From Candidatus Sericytochromatia bacterium (lineage in GTDB: Bacteria; Cyanobacteriota; Sericytochromatia; S15B-MN24; UBA4093), in assembly GCA_036676495.1 (NCBI GenBank), contig JAKFCT010000010.1, positions 32,001 to 96,000 of the forward strand: a DNA stretch of 64,000 bases, in the 5' to 3' direction. The stretch's first letter is position 1, and every line of letters begins with the position of its first letter. The notes under the pieces are model-generated. The model worked only from the letters and a program-made list of their open reading frames with translations. It ran no database searches and was not told where the DNA came from. Positions 1-7,394 of this stretch are shown here, one piece after another. The translations under genes were made by a program, and so were the position numbers.

Positions 1-1193
1 AGCTCCCGGATCTCCCGCCATTGCCGCTCGGCTTTCTCCTCGGTCAGCCCCTGCGCCACCCCCAAGCCATAGGAGTGATCCGTGATCACCATGTAGGCGT
101 AACCCCGCTCCATGGCGGCCAGGGCCATGTCCCGCAAGGAATCTCGGCCGTCGGAGTAGGTGCTGTGAACGTGGAAGTCGCCCAAGACGTCCGGGAGCGT
201 GATCAGCCGGGGCAGGCGATGCGCCGCCGCGAGCGCGAGTTCTCCGGCATGTTCCCGGAGTTCCGGGGGAATCCAGTCCATGCCCATGGCGGCGTAGACC
301 TCGGCCTCGCTCGCGCCGGCCAGACGCTTTCCCTTGGGATCGAAAAGGCCATACTCGTTGAGCTTCCAGCCCCTGGCGAGGGCCAAGTCCCGCAGCGCGA
401 TGTTATGGGCCTTCGAGCCGGTGAAGTAAAGCAGGGCCGCCCCCCAGGCCTCCCGCGGCACGATCCGCACGTCGACCTGGAACTGGTCGCGCGTCAGGAA
501 TGTGATCTTGCTCTCCCCGTGCGCCACGACTTCTCGCGTCAGGGGGAGGGCCCGCACGGCCCGGAGCACCCGTGCGGGATCGTCGGAAGCGACCAGGAGA
601 TCGACGTCTCCCACCGTCTCTCTGCGCCTGCGGATGCTCCCGGCCGGCTCCACCTGACCTTCCCCCAATGTCTGGCGCAGCGCCTGGGCCACCCGCTCGG
701 CGAGCGGCCAAGCCACGCTCAAGGGCAGGCGCACGCTTCGCGCCTCCAGGCGCTCCAGCTCATGCAGGATGTTCTGCTCGGTCTTCTCGCCCATCCCCGG
801 CACGCCCCGGATGCGTTGCTCCCGAGCCGCCTGGGCGAGCTCCGCCAGGCTGCTGATCTTCAGGGCTTCGTAGAGAAGATGGGCCTTGCGGGGGCCAATC
901 CCGGGCACCCGGAGCAGGTCGAAGACTCCCGCCGGGATCGCTCCGATCTGCTCCTCGAGGTAGGGGCTATATCCCTTGTCCAGGTACTCGGCGATGCGCG
1001 CGGAGATCGAGGCGCCGACCCCGGGGATCTCACCCAGACGCCCTTCCGCATGGAGGGTGGAGACGTCCTCGTCGAGCAAGGCGACGTTTCGCGACGCCTC
1101 CTGGTAGGCCCGAACCCGGAACCCGGACTCTCCCTTCAGCTCCAGGGACGCGGCGATGTCTTCCAGCATGCGGGCGACGTCCGCGTTGCGCAT
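1..1193 (-). CDS. polX: DNA polymerase X family (PolX, probably PolX-PHP); 3' part runs off the window
   Basis: Hand translation from ATG 1193 gives MRNADVARMLEDIAASLELKGESGFRVRAYQEA...GSIRRRRETVGDVDLLVAS...VDVR...YFTGSKAHN; GGAGG RBS. Absent from the ORF track because it has no stop in the window. Confidence 0.93.
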   Translation of the reverse strand, partial: MRNADVARMLEDIAASLELKGESGFRVRAYQEASRNVALLDEDVSTLHAEGRLGEIPGVGASISARIAEYLDKGYSPYLEEQIGAIPAGVFDLLRVPGIGPRKAHLLYEALKISSLAELAQAAREQRIRGVPGMGEKTEQNILHELERLEARSVRLPLSVAWPLAERVAQALRQTLGEGQVEPAGSIRRRRETVGDVDLLVASDDPARVLRAVRALPLTREVVAHGESKITFLTRDQFQVDVRIVPREAWGAALLYFTGSKAHNIALRDLALARGWKLNEYGLFDPKGKRLAGASEAEVYAAMGMDWIPPELREHAGELALAAAHRLPRLITLPDVLGDFHVHSTYSDGRDSLRDMALAAMERGYAYMVITDHSYGLGVAQGLTEEKAERQWREIRE

Positions 1194-1265
1194 GGCGTTC
1201 CCTCCCTCCGGATCATCCTCTCCCATCCCGTCGAGGAAGACAACGGCCCTTCCCTCGCCCATGTT

Positions 1266-1281
1266 TCGAACCTATGTTCGA
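1266..1281. promoter_or_regulatory. LexA SOS box (CGAAC-N4-GTTCG)
   Basis: TCGAAC-CTAT-GTTCGA palindrome between divergent polX and a small ORF. Confidence 0.8.
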
Positions 1282-1322
1282 TGGGTATGGATTCGGCAGC
1301 CCTGTCGAGAAAGAGGAGTCCC

Positions 1323-1595
1323 GTGGAACTCAAAACCGCCCTTTCGAACTTCCAGAAGGATCGTTACGTCTCGTCGATGATGCGCGAGGAGCTCGAGACG
1401 GTCATGCAGGCCCTGGAGCAACTCAAGACGCCTCCGGTCCCGCTCGCGACGATCGAGGAGAAGCTGAGCGAGGCACTCGCCCTGTTGAAAGGAGATCGTG
1501 CGCCAGCCAACTCCAAAAGTCGTCCCAAAAGTCGCAACGCTCACTCCCGCGGAGCTGGTGAGGCGGCTCCCGTGGCGGCGAAAGCCAAGTCCTAG
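1323..1595 (+). CDS. Small hypothetical helical protein
   Basis: AGGAG RBS then GTG 1323; MELKTALSNFQKDRYVSSMMREELETVMQALEQL... Confidence 0.6.
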   Translation: MELKTALSNFQKDRYVSSMMREELETVMQALEQLKTPPVPLATIEEKLSEALALLKGDRAPANSKSRPKSRNAHSRGAGEAAPVAAKAKS

Positions 1596-1797
1596 CCTCC
1601 TGGCGACCAGCGGCGCGCGCTGCGGGGAGTGCCGCTACCTTCACGTGAGCCCCGCGACCGTCGAAGGGCGCAAGCCCATCGGGACCGATTTCGATCTGCC
1701 GTGCCACGTCTTCGGGCAGCGGGCCGAGTTCCGGGCCTGTGAGGCCTTCGAGCGCCGCCGCAAGGGAGACCTTTCGGCCTCGGAGCACGCGGGCTAA
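1498..1797 (+). CDS. Small Cys-containing hypothetical protein
   Basis: AAAGGAG RBS then GTG; CGEC...C...C pattern; overlaps the previous ORF by ~98 nt. Confidence 0.45.
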   Translation: MRQPTPKVVPKVATLTPAELVRRLPWRRKPSPSLLATSGARCGECRYLHVSPATVEGRKPIGTDFDLPCHVFGQRAEFRACEAFERRRKGDLSASEHAG

Positions 1798-1832
1798 CCC
1801 CGTGGAGGCGGGCCACATGGCGGCGAACCTTC

Positions 1833-3737
1833 CTACGGCTCGCCCAGGAAGCGTCCCATGTCGCCGAGGCTTTCCAGCAAGGGAGCGTCCGGCAGGCTCT
1901 CCCGGATCCGGTCACGGTAGCGTCGGGTCGTGGCGCGGGGATCCAGGATGGCGATGACGCCACGGTCGGATGCCCGGCGGATCAGACGGCCGGTCCCTTG
2001 GCGCAGCTTCAGGAGCATCTGAGGCAGCAGGACGGCCTCGAACGGGTCGTCGCCGCATGCGATCGCCTGCGCGCGCTCGGCCTCCAGCACGGGATCGGAG
2101 GGCGGGAACGGAAGCTTGACGACCACGACGCAGGAGAGGGGATCTCCCGGCACGTCGATCCCTTCCCAGTAAGCCGTCCCCAGCAGGACGGAAGGCCCTT
2201 CCTCCCGAAAGCGGTTGAGCAAGTCTGCCGACGGACGCTCCTGATAAAGGATCGGGAAGCCCCCCCAGGCCTTGAGGTGCCTGGCCGCTTCAGCGGCGCG
2301 CCGACGCGCGGTATAGAGCAGCAAGGCGCGGCCCCGGCTCGCCTCCAAAAGGGCCTCGAGCCTCCGGATTGCCGCGGCGTAGAAGGCATCGGCGTCCGCG
2401 CTGGGATCGGGAAGGTCACTCGGCATGTAGAGCCGCGTCTGCCGCGCGAGATCGAACGGAGTGCCGACGGAGCAGGTCAAGGGGTTCTCGAGGCCCAGCG
2501 CGCGCTCGAGGTAGCTGAAGTCCCCTCCTACGGAAAGCGTCGCCGAGGTGAGCACGACGGGGGCCTCGCGGCCGAAAAGCCGCGCCTGGAAAAGCGAAGC
2601 GAGGTCGCGCGGAGCAGAGACCAACCGCTGGGCCTGCCGGCGCCGGGGCTCGCCCTCCACCCAGGAGAGATGATCGGCAGGACGCACGATGCCGTGAAGC
2701 GGGGCCATGGCCCGTTCGAGGCGCGCCAGGGCGGTTTCACGGGCCGGCGTTTCCGGCATGCCGCCCAGGAGTTCCTGGGCGGCGATCGCCGTGTCGAGAA
2801 GGCGCTCGCTGAGGGCAATCAGGCCCTCGTCGCAGCGGATCGCGAAGCGGGTGGTCTCTTCGGAGACTCTCCAGTCGATTTGAGGGGGAAGGGCGTCGAG
2901 GAAGCGCTCCGCCAGGGCCATGAGCGCGGGGCCCGTGGGATCCCGGCGCGAGAGCTGGCGCGCGGCGGCCTGCGCGGCGGCCGCGACCTCTGCCAGTTCG
3001 GTCTGATGCCCCAGCACGTCGCGGGCCGCGTCGATCACGGCGTGGGCCTCATCCAGGACGATCGCTCCCGGCAAGGCGAAGAGGTGGCCGCCGCTGGCTC
3101 TCAGGGCCATGTCCGCGAAGAACTGGTGGTGGTTGGTGACGAGGACTCCGCTGGCGTGCTGCCAGCTTTGGCGTTCGGCGAAGCTGGGGCAGGTTTCGGG
3201 GCGCGTGCAGCGGCGGGCGCAAGGGCCTTGCGCGCTCCAGTTGAGAGCTTGCCAGAGGGTTTCGGGGACGGGCGGGGCTTCGGCGCGATCGCCCGTCCGG
3301 GTCCGGCGGGCCCAGGAAACGAGGGGCTGCAGTTCGGCGGGCGGCCTCCCGGGGTCGGGAGCGCGCTGGAGCAAGGCCGAGAGCCTGGCGGGGCAGAGGT
3401 AATGCTCCCGGCCCTTGGCCAGCCGGAACGGAAACGATTCTCCCAGCAGCGTCTCGACCATGGGAAGGTCCTTGCCGATGAGTTGCTCCTGGAGCGGGAT
3501 CGTCCGGGTGGCGACCAGCAACGGCAAACCCTTGCGGCGGAGCTGGGCCACGCCTGGAATCAAGTAGGCATAGGATTTTCCGGTTCCCACGCCGGCCTCG
3601 GCCAAGAGGTGGCGGCCCTGGGTCATGGCCGTCATGACGTAGTTGGCCATGGCCCGCTGCTCCTCACGGGGCGCGAGGCCGCAGCGCGGGAAGTTTCGGT
3701 CGAAGATCTCCTGAAGCCAGGTGTTGTCGTAGGTCAT
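1833..3737 (-). CDS. dinG: DinG/YoaA-family ATP-dependent DNA helicase
   Basis: Q motif REEQ, Walker A EAGVGTGKS, Fe-S cysteines, DEAH, TSATL, WEGIDVPG, QGTGRLIRR. Confidence 0.93.
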   Translation of the reverse strand: MTYDNTWLQEIFDRNFPRCGLAPREEQRAMANYVMTAMTQGRHLLAEAGVGTGKSYAYLIPGVAQLRRKGLPLLVATRTIPLQEQLIGKDLPMVETLLGESFPFRLAKGREHYLCPARLSALLQRAPDPGRPPAELQPLVSWARRTRTGDRAEAPPVPETLWQALNWSAQGPCARRCTRPETCPSFAERQSWQHASGVLVTNHHQFFADMALRASGGHLFALPGAIVLDEAHAVIDAARDVLGHQTELAEVAAAAQAAARQLSRRDPTGPALMALAERFLDALPPQIDWRVSEETTRFAIRCDEGLIALSERLLDTAIAAQELLGGMPETPARETALARLERAMAPLHGIVRPADHLSWVEGEPRRRQAQRLVSAPRDLASLFQARLFGREAPVVLTSATLSVGGDFSYLERALGLENPLTCSVGTPFDLARQTRLYMPSDLPDPSADADAFYAAAIRRLEALLEASRGRALLLYTARRRAAEAARHLKAWGGFPILYQERPSADLLNRFREEGPSVLLGTAYWEGIDVPGDPLSCVVVVKLPFPPSDPVLEAERAQAIACGDDPFEAVLLPQMLLKLRQGTGRLIRRASDRGVIAILDPRATTRRYRDRIRESLPDAPLLESLGDMGRFLGEP

Positions 3738-3800
3738 CAGCCCCTCCCAGGGCCTCCCTCCGGAGCCCTATCCGAGCGACGGATCCCCTGCAATGAGCGA

Positions 3801-3834
3801 TTGACAGCTTTGTTAACAGATGTTAACATTGACA
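3801..3834 (+). promoter_or_regulatory. Sigma70-like promoter with tandem TGTTAACA palindromes
   Basis: TTGACA(3801)-17 bp-TAACAT; TGTTAACA at 3811 and 3821. Confidence 0.55.
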
Positions 3835-3906
3835 CAAATTTCTCCATGCCTCAACTCAAAACAAATCGGTCTCATAGCAACGAACGTACGAGAGAAAGCA
3901 GGGCTC

Positions 3907-4044
3907 ATGCACGCTCCGATCTACCGTTGTCACACCTGCTGGGTGGAAATGTGGATCATCGGCCGGTCCCACCGGCTCCACTGCCCCCGCTGCCATGTCG
4001 AGCTGACGGGCCCTTCGACAGAGCCGAGTGTCTGCGCGGGCTAG
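3907..4044 (+). CDS. Small zinc-ribbon protein (45 aa)
   Basis: MHAPIYRCHTC...CPRCH, two CxxC motifs; downstream of the promoter. Confidence 0.6.
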   Translation: MHAPIYRCHTCWVEMWIIGRSHRLHCPRCHVELTGPSTEPSVCAG

Positions 4045-4066
4045 CGGTGATCGCGAGGAGAGGCTC

Positions 4067-4483
4067 ATGAGACGTCCATTGCGGATCCTGGTGGTCGATG
4101 GGGATCCCGAGGCCCGGGCGCAAGCCGAGAACGGGCTTACCGCCATGGGCCTCCAGGTCACCGGCTGCCCGGACGAACAGCAAGCCCTGAGCCTCTGCTT
4201 CGGGGAGCCGTTCGATGCGGTCATCGTGGACCTCGCGGCCCTCGGGATCGGCGGGATTCGCTTGATCCGCCGTTTGCGCGAGCACGTGGCGTACAAGAGC
4301 CTACCCATCATTGGCTTGGCCAAGAGCGAGGCCGCCACGGTTCCTTTGGGCTCGGGCCTGGACCTCGTGATCGAAGCCGCCGAGGACGCCCGCACGCTAT
4401 CCCAGGCCATTCACCGCCTCCGCCAGCAGCGCGGTTTCCTCGCCTCCTCGGAGGCCTCCCCGATGAGCCGCCACTGGTCCTGA
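4067..4483 (+). CDS. Single-domain response regulator (atypical receiver)
   Basis: ILVVDGD...FDAVIVDL...GIRLIRRLR...LPIIGL; GAGGAG RBS. Confidence 0.8.
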   Translation: MRRPLRILVVDGDPEARAQAENGLTAMGLQVTGCPDEQQALSLCFGEPFDAVIVDLAALGIGGIRLIRRLREHVAYKSLPIIGLAKSEAATVPLGSGLDLVIEAAEDARTLSQAIHRLRQQRGFLASSEASPMSRHWS

Positions 4484-4557
4484 TCCGGCTTGCAAGCCGT
4501 GAGGGCCTCCGAATTCCGCCTTGGCACCCGCGCGAGCGAGCGCCGATCCCCAGACCG

Positions 4558-5394
4558 CTACCAGAAGTCGGCCTTCTTGCCCTCCCAAGGGGCGTCCTCC
4601 TGACAGGAAGGACAGAAGTAGCTTTTCTGGCCGTCGAGATGAAGGACGGAGATGCCTTCTCCCGAGGGACAACCCCGATCGTTGCCCCGGCGCGGCATCA
4701 GGTACCCCCTCCGGTCCAGCTCTTGCATGTCTCCGTTGAGCTCGGCGACGGCCTTGAGGATCTTCTGCATCTTGTCATAGAGGCGCTCCCAGTCCGCCCG
4801 CAGGAGCGTGCTCACCGGGCGATCGGGGCGAACGCGCCCCTGGAAGCAGATCTCGTCGGCCAGGGCCGGATCCAGGCCTGCGATCCGGTGCTGGCTCAAG
4901 AGGGCGATCCACAGGGGAGTCGACGGCTCGATCTTCTCGCTGAGGGCCTTGCGGAAGTCCATGTAGGTCATCTCCCGGGGGTCGGGCCCCAGGCCCTGAA
5001 GCGGCTCCATGGCCCGCTCGTCGGTGGTCGGGAAGAAGTAAAGGAGATCGTTCATGGAGGGGACCCGCAGATCCATGGAATGCCCGTCGTCGAAGTGCAC
5101 GATCAGCCGGGCGTCCGTCGGATGATCCGTGGCGGGGGACGGGACGCAGGCGAGGTCGGCGTCCGCGTACATCGAGACGATCAGGGTCTGGCCGCGATCG
5201 GTCTGGAGCAAGAGGAATTTCCCCTTGCGCAGGACCTGCGTGAAGCGCGCCCGGGCCAAGGCGTCCTGAAGGGCATGGGGATCGGTTCCCCGCAGCAGCT
5301 TCTCGTCACGGACCTCCACGCGCATGATCGTTCCGTTGAGGCAGGTCCGCTCGAGGTCACGCTTCCGGGCCTCGATGGCGATGAGATCGGACAT
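4558..5394 (-). CDS. Fpg/Nei-family DNA glycosylase homologue (degenerate active site)
   Basis: RKGKFLLL, H2TH-like LLSQHRIAGLDPALADEICF, C-terminal SYFCPSCQ; N-terminus is MSDL rather than MPEL. Confidence 0.85.
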   Translation of the reverse strand: MSDLIAIEARKRDLERTCLNGTIMRVEVRDEKLLRGTDPHALQDALARARFTQVLRKGKFLLLQTDRGQTLIVSMYADADLACVPSPATDHPTDARLIVHFDDGHSMDLRVPSMNDLLYFFPTTDERAMEPLQGLGPDPREMTYMDFRKALSEKIEPSTPLWIALLSQHRIAGLDPALADEICFQGRVRPDRPVSTLLRADWERLYDKMQKILKAVAELNGDMQELDRRGYLMPRRGNDRGCPSGEGISVLHLDGQKSYFCPSCQEDAPWEGKKADFW

Positions 5395-5497
5395 TTGCTT
5401 CCCCCTTTCCGCTGACCCGAAACGATGTTAACGTTCGTAACGTAGCGCATCGAAAGCCGCGCAGCAAGGCGCCAAGAAGGCGAAGGGGGAGGAAGCG

Positions 5498-6628
5498 ATG
5501 AAGGTCGCCGTCTACCATGGACCGGGCCAGGTGAGGCTCGAAGAGCACCCCCGTCCCGAGATCCAGCACCCCGAGGACGTGATCGTCGAGGTCCGGGTCT
5601 CCACCCTCTGCGGGACCGATCTCCACCCCTTCCGGGGGCGCCAGGAAAAGCCGGAGGGCTATCGGATCGGCCACGAATGCGTCGGCATCATCGACGAGGC
5701 CGGAGTGGGCGCCGGGGGCTTCCGTCCCGGAGACCGGGTGCTCATTCCGGCGACCCTTTGCTGCGGCTTCTGCCGCTTCTGCTCGGCGGGACTGACCGCC
5801 CAATGCGTCTCCCCGGAATCGGGCACCCTGCAAGGAGCCCAGGGGGAGGTCGTGCGGGTGCCTTACGCGCCGGCCAACCTGATCCGGATCCCGGACGCCG
5901 TCTCCGACGAGGCGGCGTTGACCCTGACGGATATCTTCCCCACCGGGGACTTCGCGGCCCAGCTCGGGGGAGTCGGGCCGGGGGATTCGGTGGCGGTCTT
6001 CGGGGCGGGTCCCGTCGGGCTCATGGCCATGGTGAGCGCCCGCATGCGGGGAGCCGTGCGGATCTATGCCATCGACCACGTCCCCGATCGGCTGGAGGCG
6101 GCGGCCGAAGAAGGCTTCATCCCGATCAACTTCCAGAACGTGGATCCGGTCTGCGCGCTCACGGAGCGCATGAACGGGCAAGGGGTGGACATCAGTCTCG
6201 AGGCGGTGGGGCAGGACGCGGTCGATCGCCAGGGCTGGCTACAGGCCTCCCAGACCCTGGAATGGGCGGCGGCCGTGACGCGGCCATGCGGGACGATCGC
6301 CGTCGTCGGGGACTTCACCACGCCCGCGGCGGGCGTTCCGCTCCACGTGCTCTTCCATAAGAACCTGGCCCTCAAATCCGGCATCGCGCATCATCGGACG
6401 CTGATTCCTCCGCTGCTGGAGGCCGTGCGTCGCGGTCAGGTCGATCCGACCTTCGTCTTCGACGCGCAGTTCGACCTGGCGGAAATTGCCGAGCTCTACC
6501 CGCGTTTCGAGCGGCAAGGCTTCCTGAAGGCCCTGATCTGGACGAAGGCGGGGCGGCGCGCGCTCGCGCAACGCGGAGTCCGCCAAGTGCGCGTCACGCC
6601 TCCGCGCCCGGCGGCGGCGAAAAAGTGA
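5498..6628 (+). CDS. Zn-dependent alcohol/formaldehyde dehydrogenase (MDR family)
   Basis: CGTDLH, GHE, CGFCRFC..C, GAGPVG. Confidence 0.92.
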   Translation: MKVAVYHGPGQVRLEEHPRPEIQHPEDVIVEVRVSTLCGTDLHPFRGRQEKPEGYRIGHECVGIIDEAGVGAGGFRPGDRVLIPATLCCGFCRFCSAGLTAQCVSPESGTLQGAQGEVVRVPYAPANLIRIPDAVSDEAALTLTDIFPTGDFAAQLGGVGPGDSVAVFGAGPVGLMAMVSARMRGAVRIYAIDHVPDRLEAAAEEGFIPINFQNVDPVCALTERMNGQGVDISLEAVGQDAVDRQGWLQASQTLEWAAAVTRPCGTIAVVGDFTTPAAGVPLHVLFHKNLALKSGIAHHRTLIPPLLEAVRRGQVDPTFVFDAQFDLAEIAELYPRFERQGFLKALIWTKAGRRALAQRGVRQVRVTPPRPAAAKK

Positions 6629-7316
6629 CCGGGCCCGGCTGGCAGCCTCGCTCCGGGACCGGAAGCCGGCGCCAGCGCTCCAGCAAGGTCTCCATGGCCT
6701 GGCAGGGGGCACAGGCTTTGCCGCATTCGCTCTGGGCGAAGACCAGGAAACTGAGCGCTCTCCCCGCGTAGGTCTCGCCCACCCGCTCCAGGAAGTAGTC
6801 CCAGTCGAAGTCCACCAGGCTCGGGCAGACGATGGAGAGGGCGTCGAACCAGTCCTTCGGCGTATCCTCCCTGAAGGAGAGGATCTTGCGGAAGAGCAGA
6901 TCCTCCGGCCCCAGGACCGGCAGCAGGTAATGGTCGAGCGCGAAGGTGCGCGACCGGCGGAAGGTCTCCTCGTCGAGGCGGATGTTGCCGGTGGTGTAGA
7001 CGATGAGATCGATGAGCACGTCCTGCTTCATGGCCTTGTAGAGCCATCCGGCGTCCGTGTCGCGCGTGTGGAAGCCGTGACGCGCCAGGACGTTCATGGC
7101 GTCCTCGGGAAACTGAGAGGGCAGGAAGAGGTCCATGTCCTTGGTGCAGCGGCGGCGGCCGTAGGCCCAGAGCGCAATGCCGCCTCCGATCAGGCACGGG
7201 ATCCCGGCCTCCTGGAGCAGCGTGCGCGCCTCCTCTCCTATCGCCAGGATGCGTTCGGTTCCGGGGCACGGCGGGAGTTGCGTCGCCGGCGCCGGGGGCA
7301 ATAGTTTCCGCTCCAT
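6594..7316 (-). CDS. Pol-beta-superfamily nucleotidyltransferase family protein
   Basis: IGGGIALWAYG...TKDMDL, downstream IDLI, PEDLLFRK, KDWFD. Confidence 0.75.
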   Translation of the reverse strand: MERKLLPPAPATQLPPCPGTERILAIGEEARTLLQEAGIPCLIGGGIALWAYGRRRCTKDMDLFLPSQFPEDAMNVLARHGFHTRDTDAGWLYKAMKQDVLIDLIVYTTGNIRLDEETFRRSRTFALDHYLLPVLGPEDLLFRKILSFREDTPKDWFDALSIVCPSLVDFDWDYFLERVGETYAGRALSFLVFAQSECGKACAPCQAMETLLERWRRLPVPERGCQPGPVTFSPPPGAEA

Positions 7317-7394
7317 CCCGCACCTCCGATTGCTCCGGGATCGCCGGCGCCATTGTGGCGGAAGGAGGCCCGCTCCGCAAGGCTTCCTTTGCCG

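Noticed and set aside
21-1280. N-terminal ~420 aa of the 524-aa plus-strand ORF
   Set aside because: Antisense shadow of polX; only the distal part with an RBS looks real
3871-3884. CGAAC half-site upstream of dinG
   Set aside because: Second LexA half-site absent
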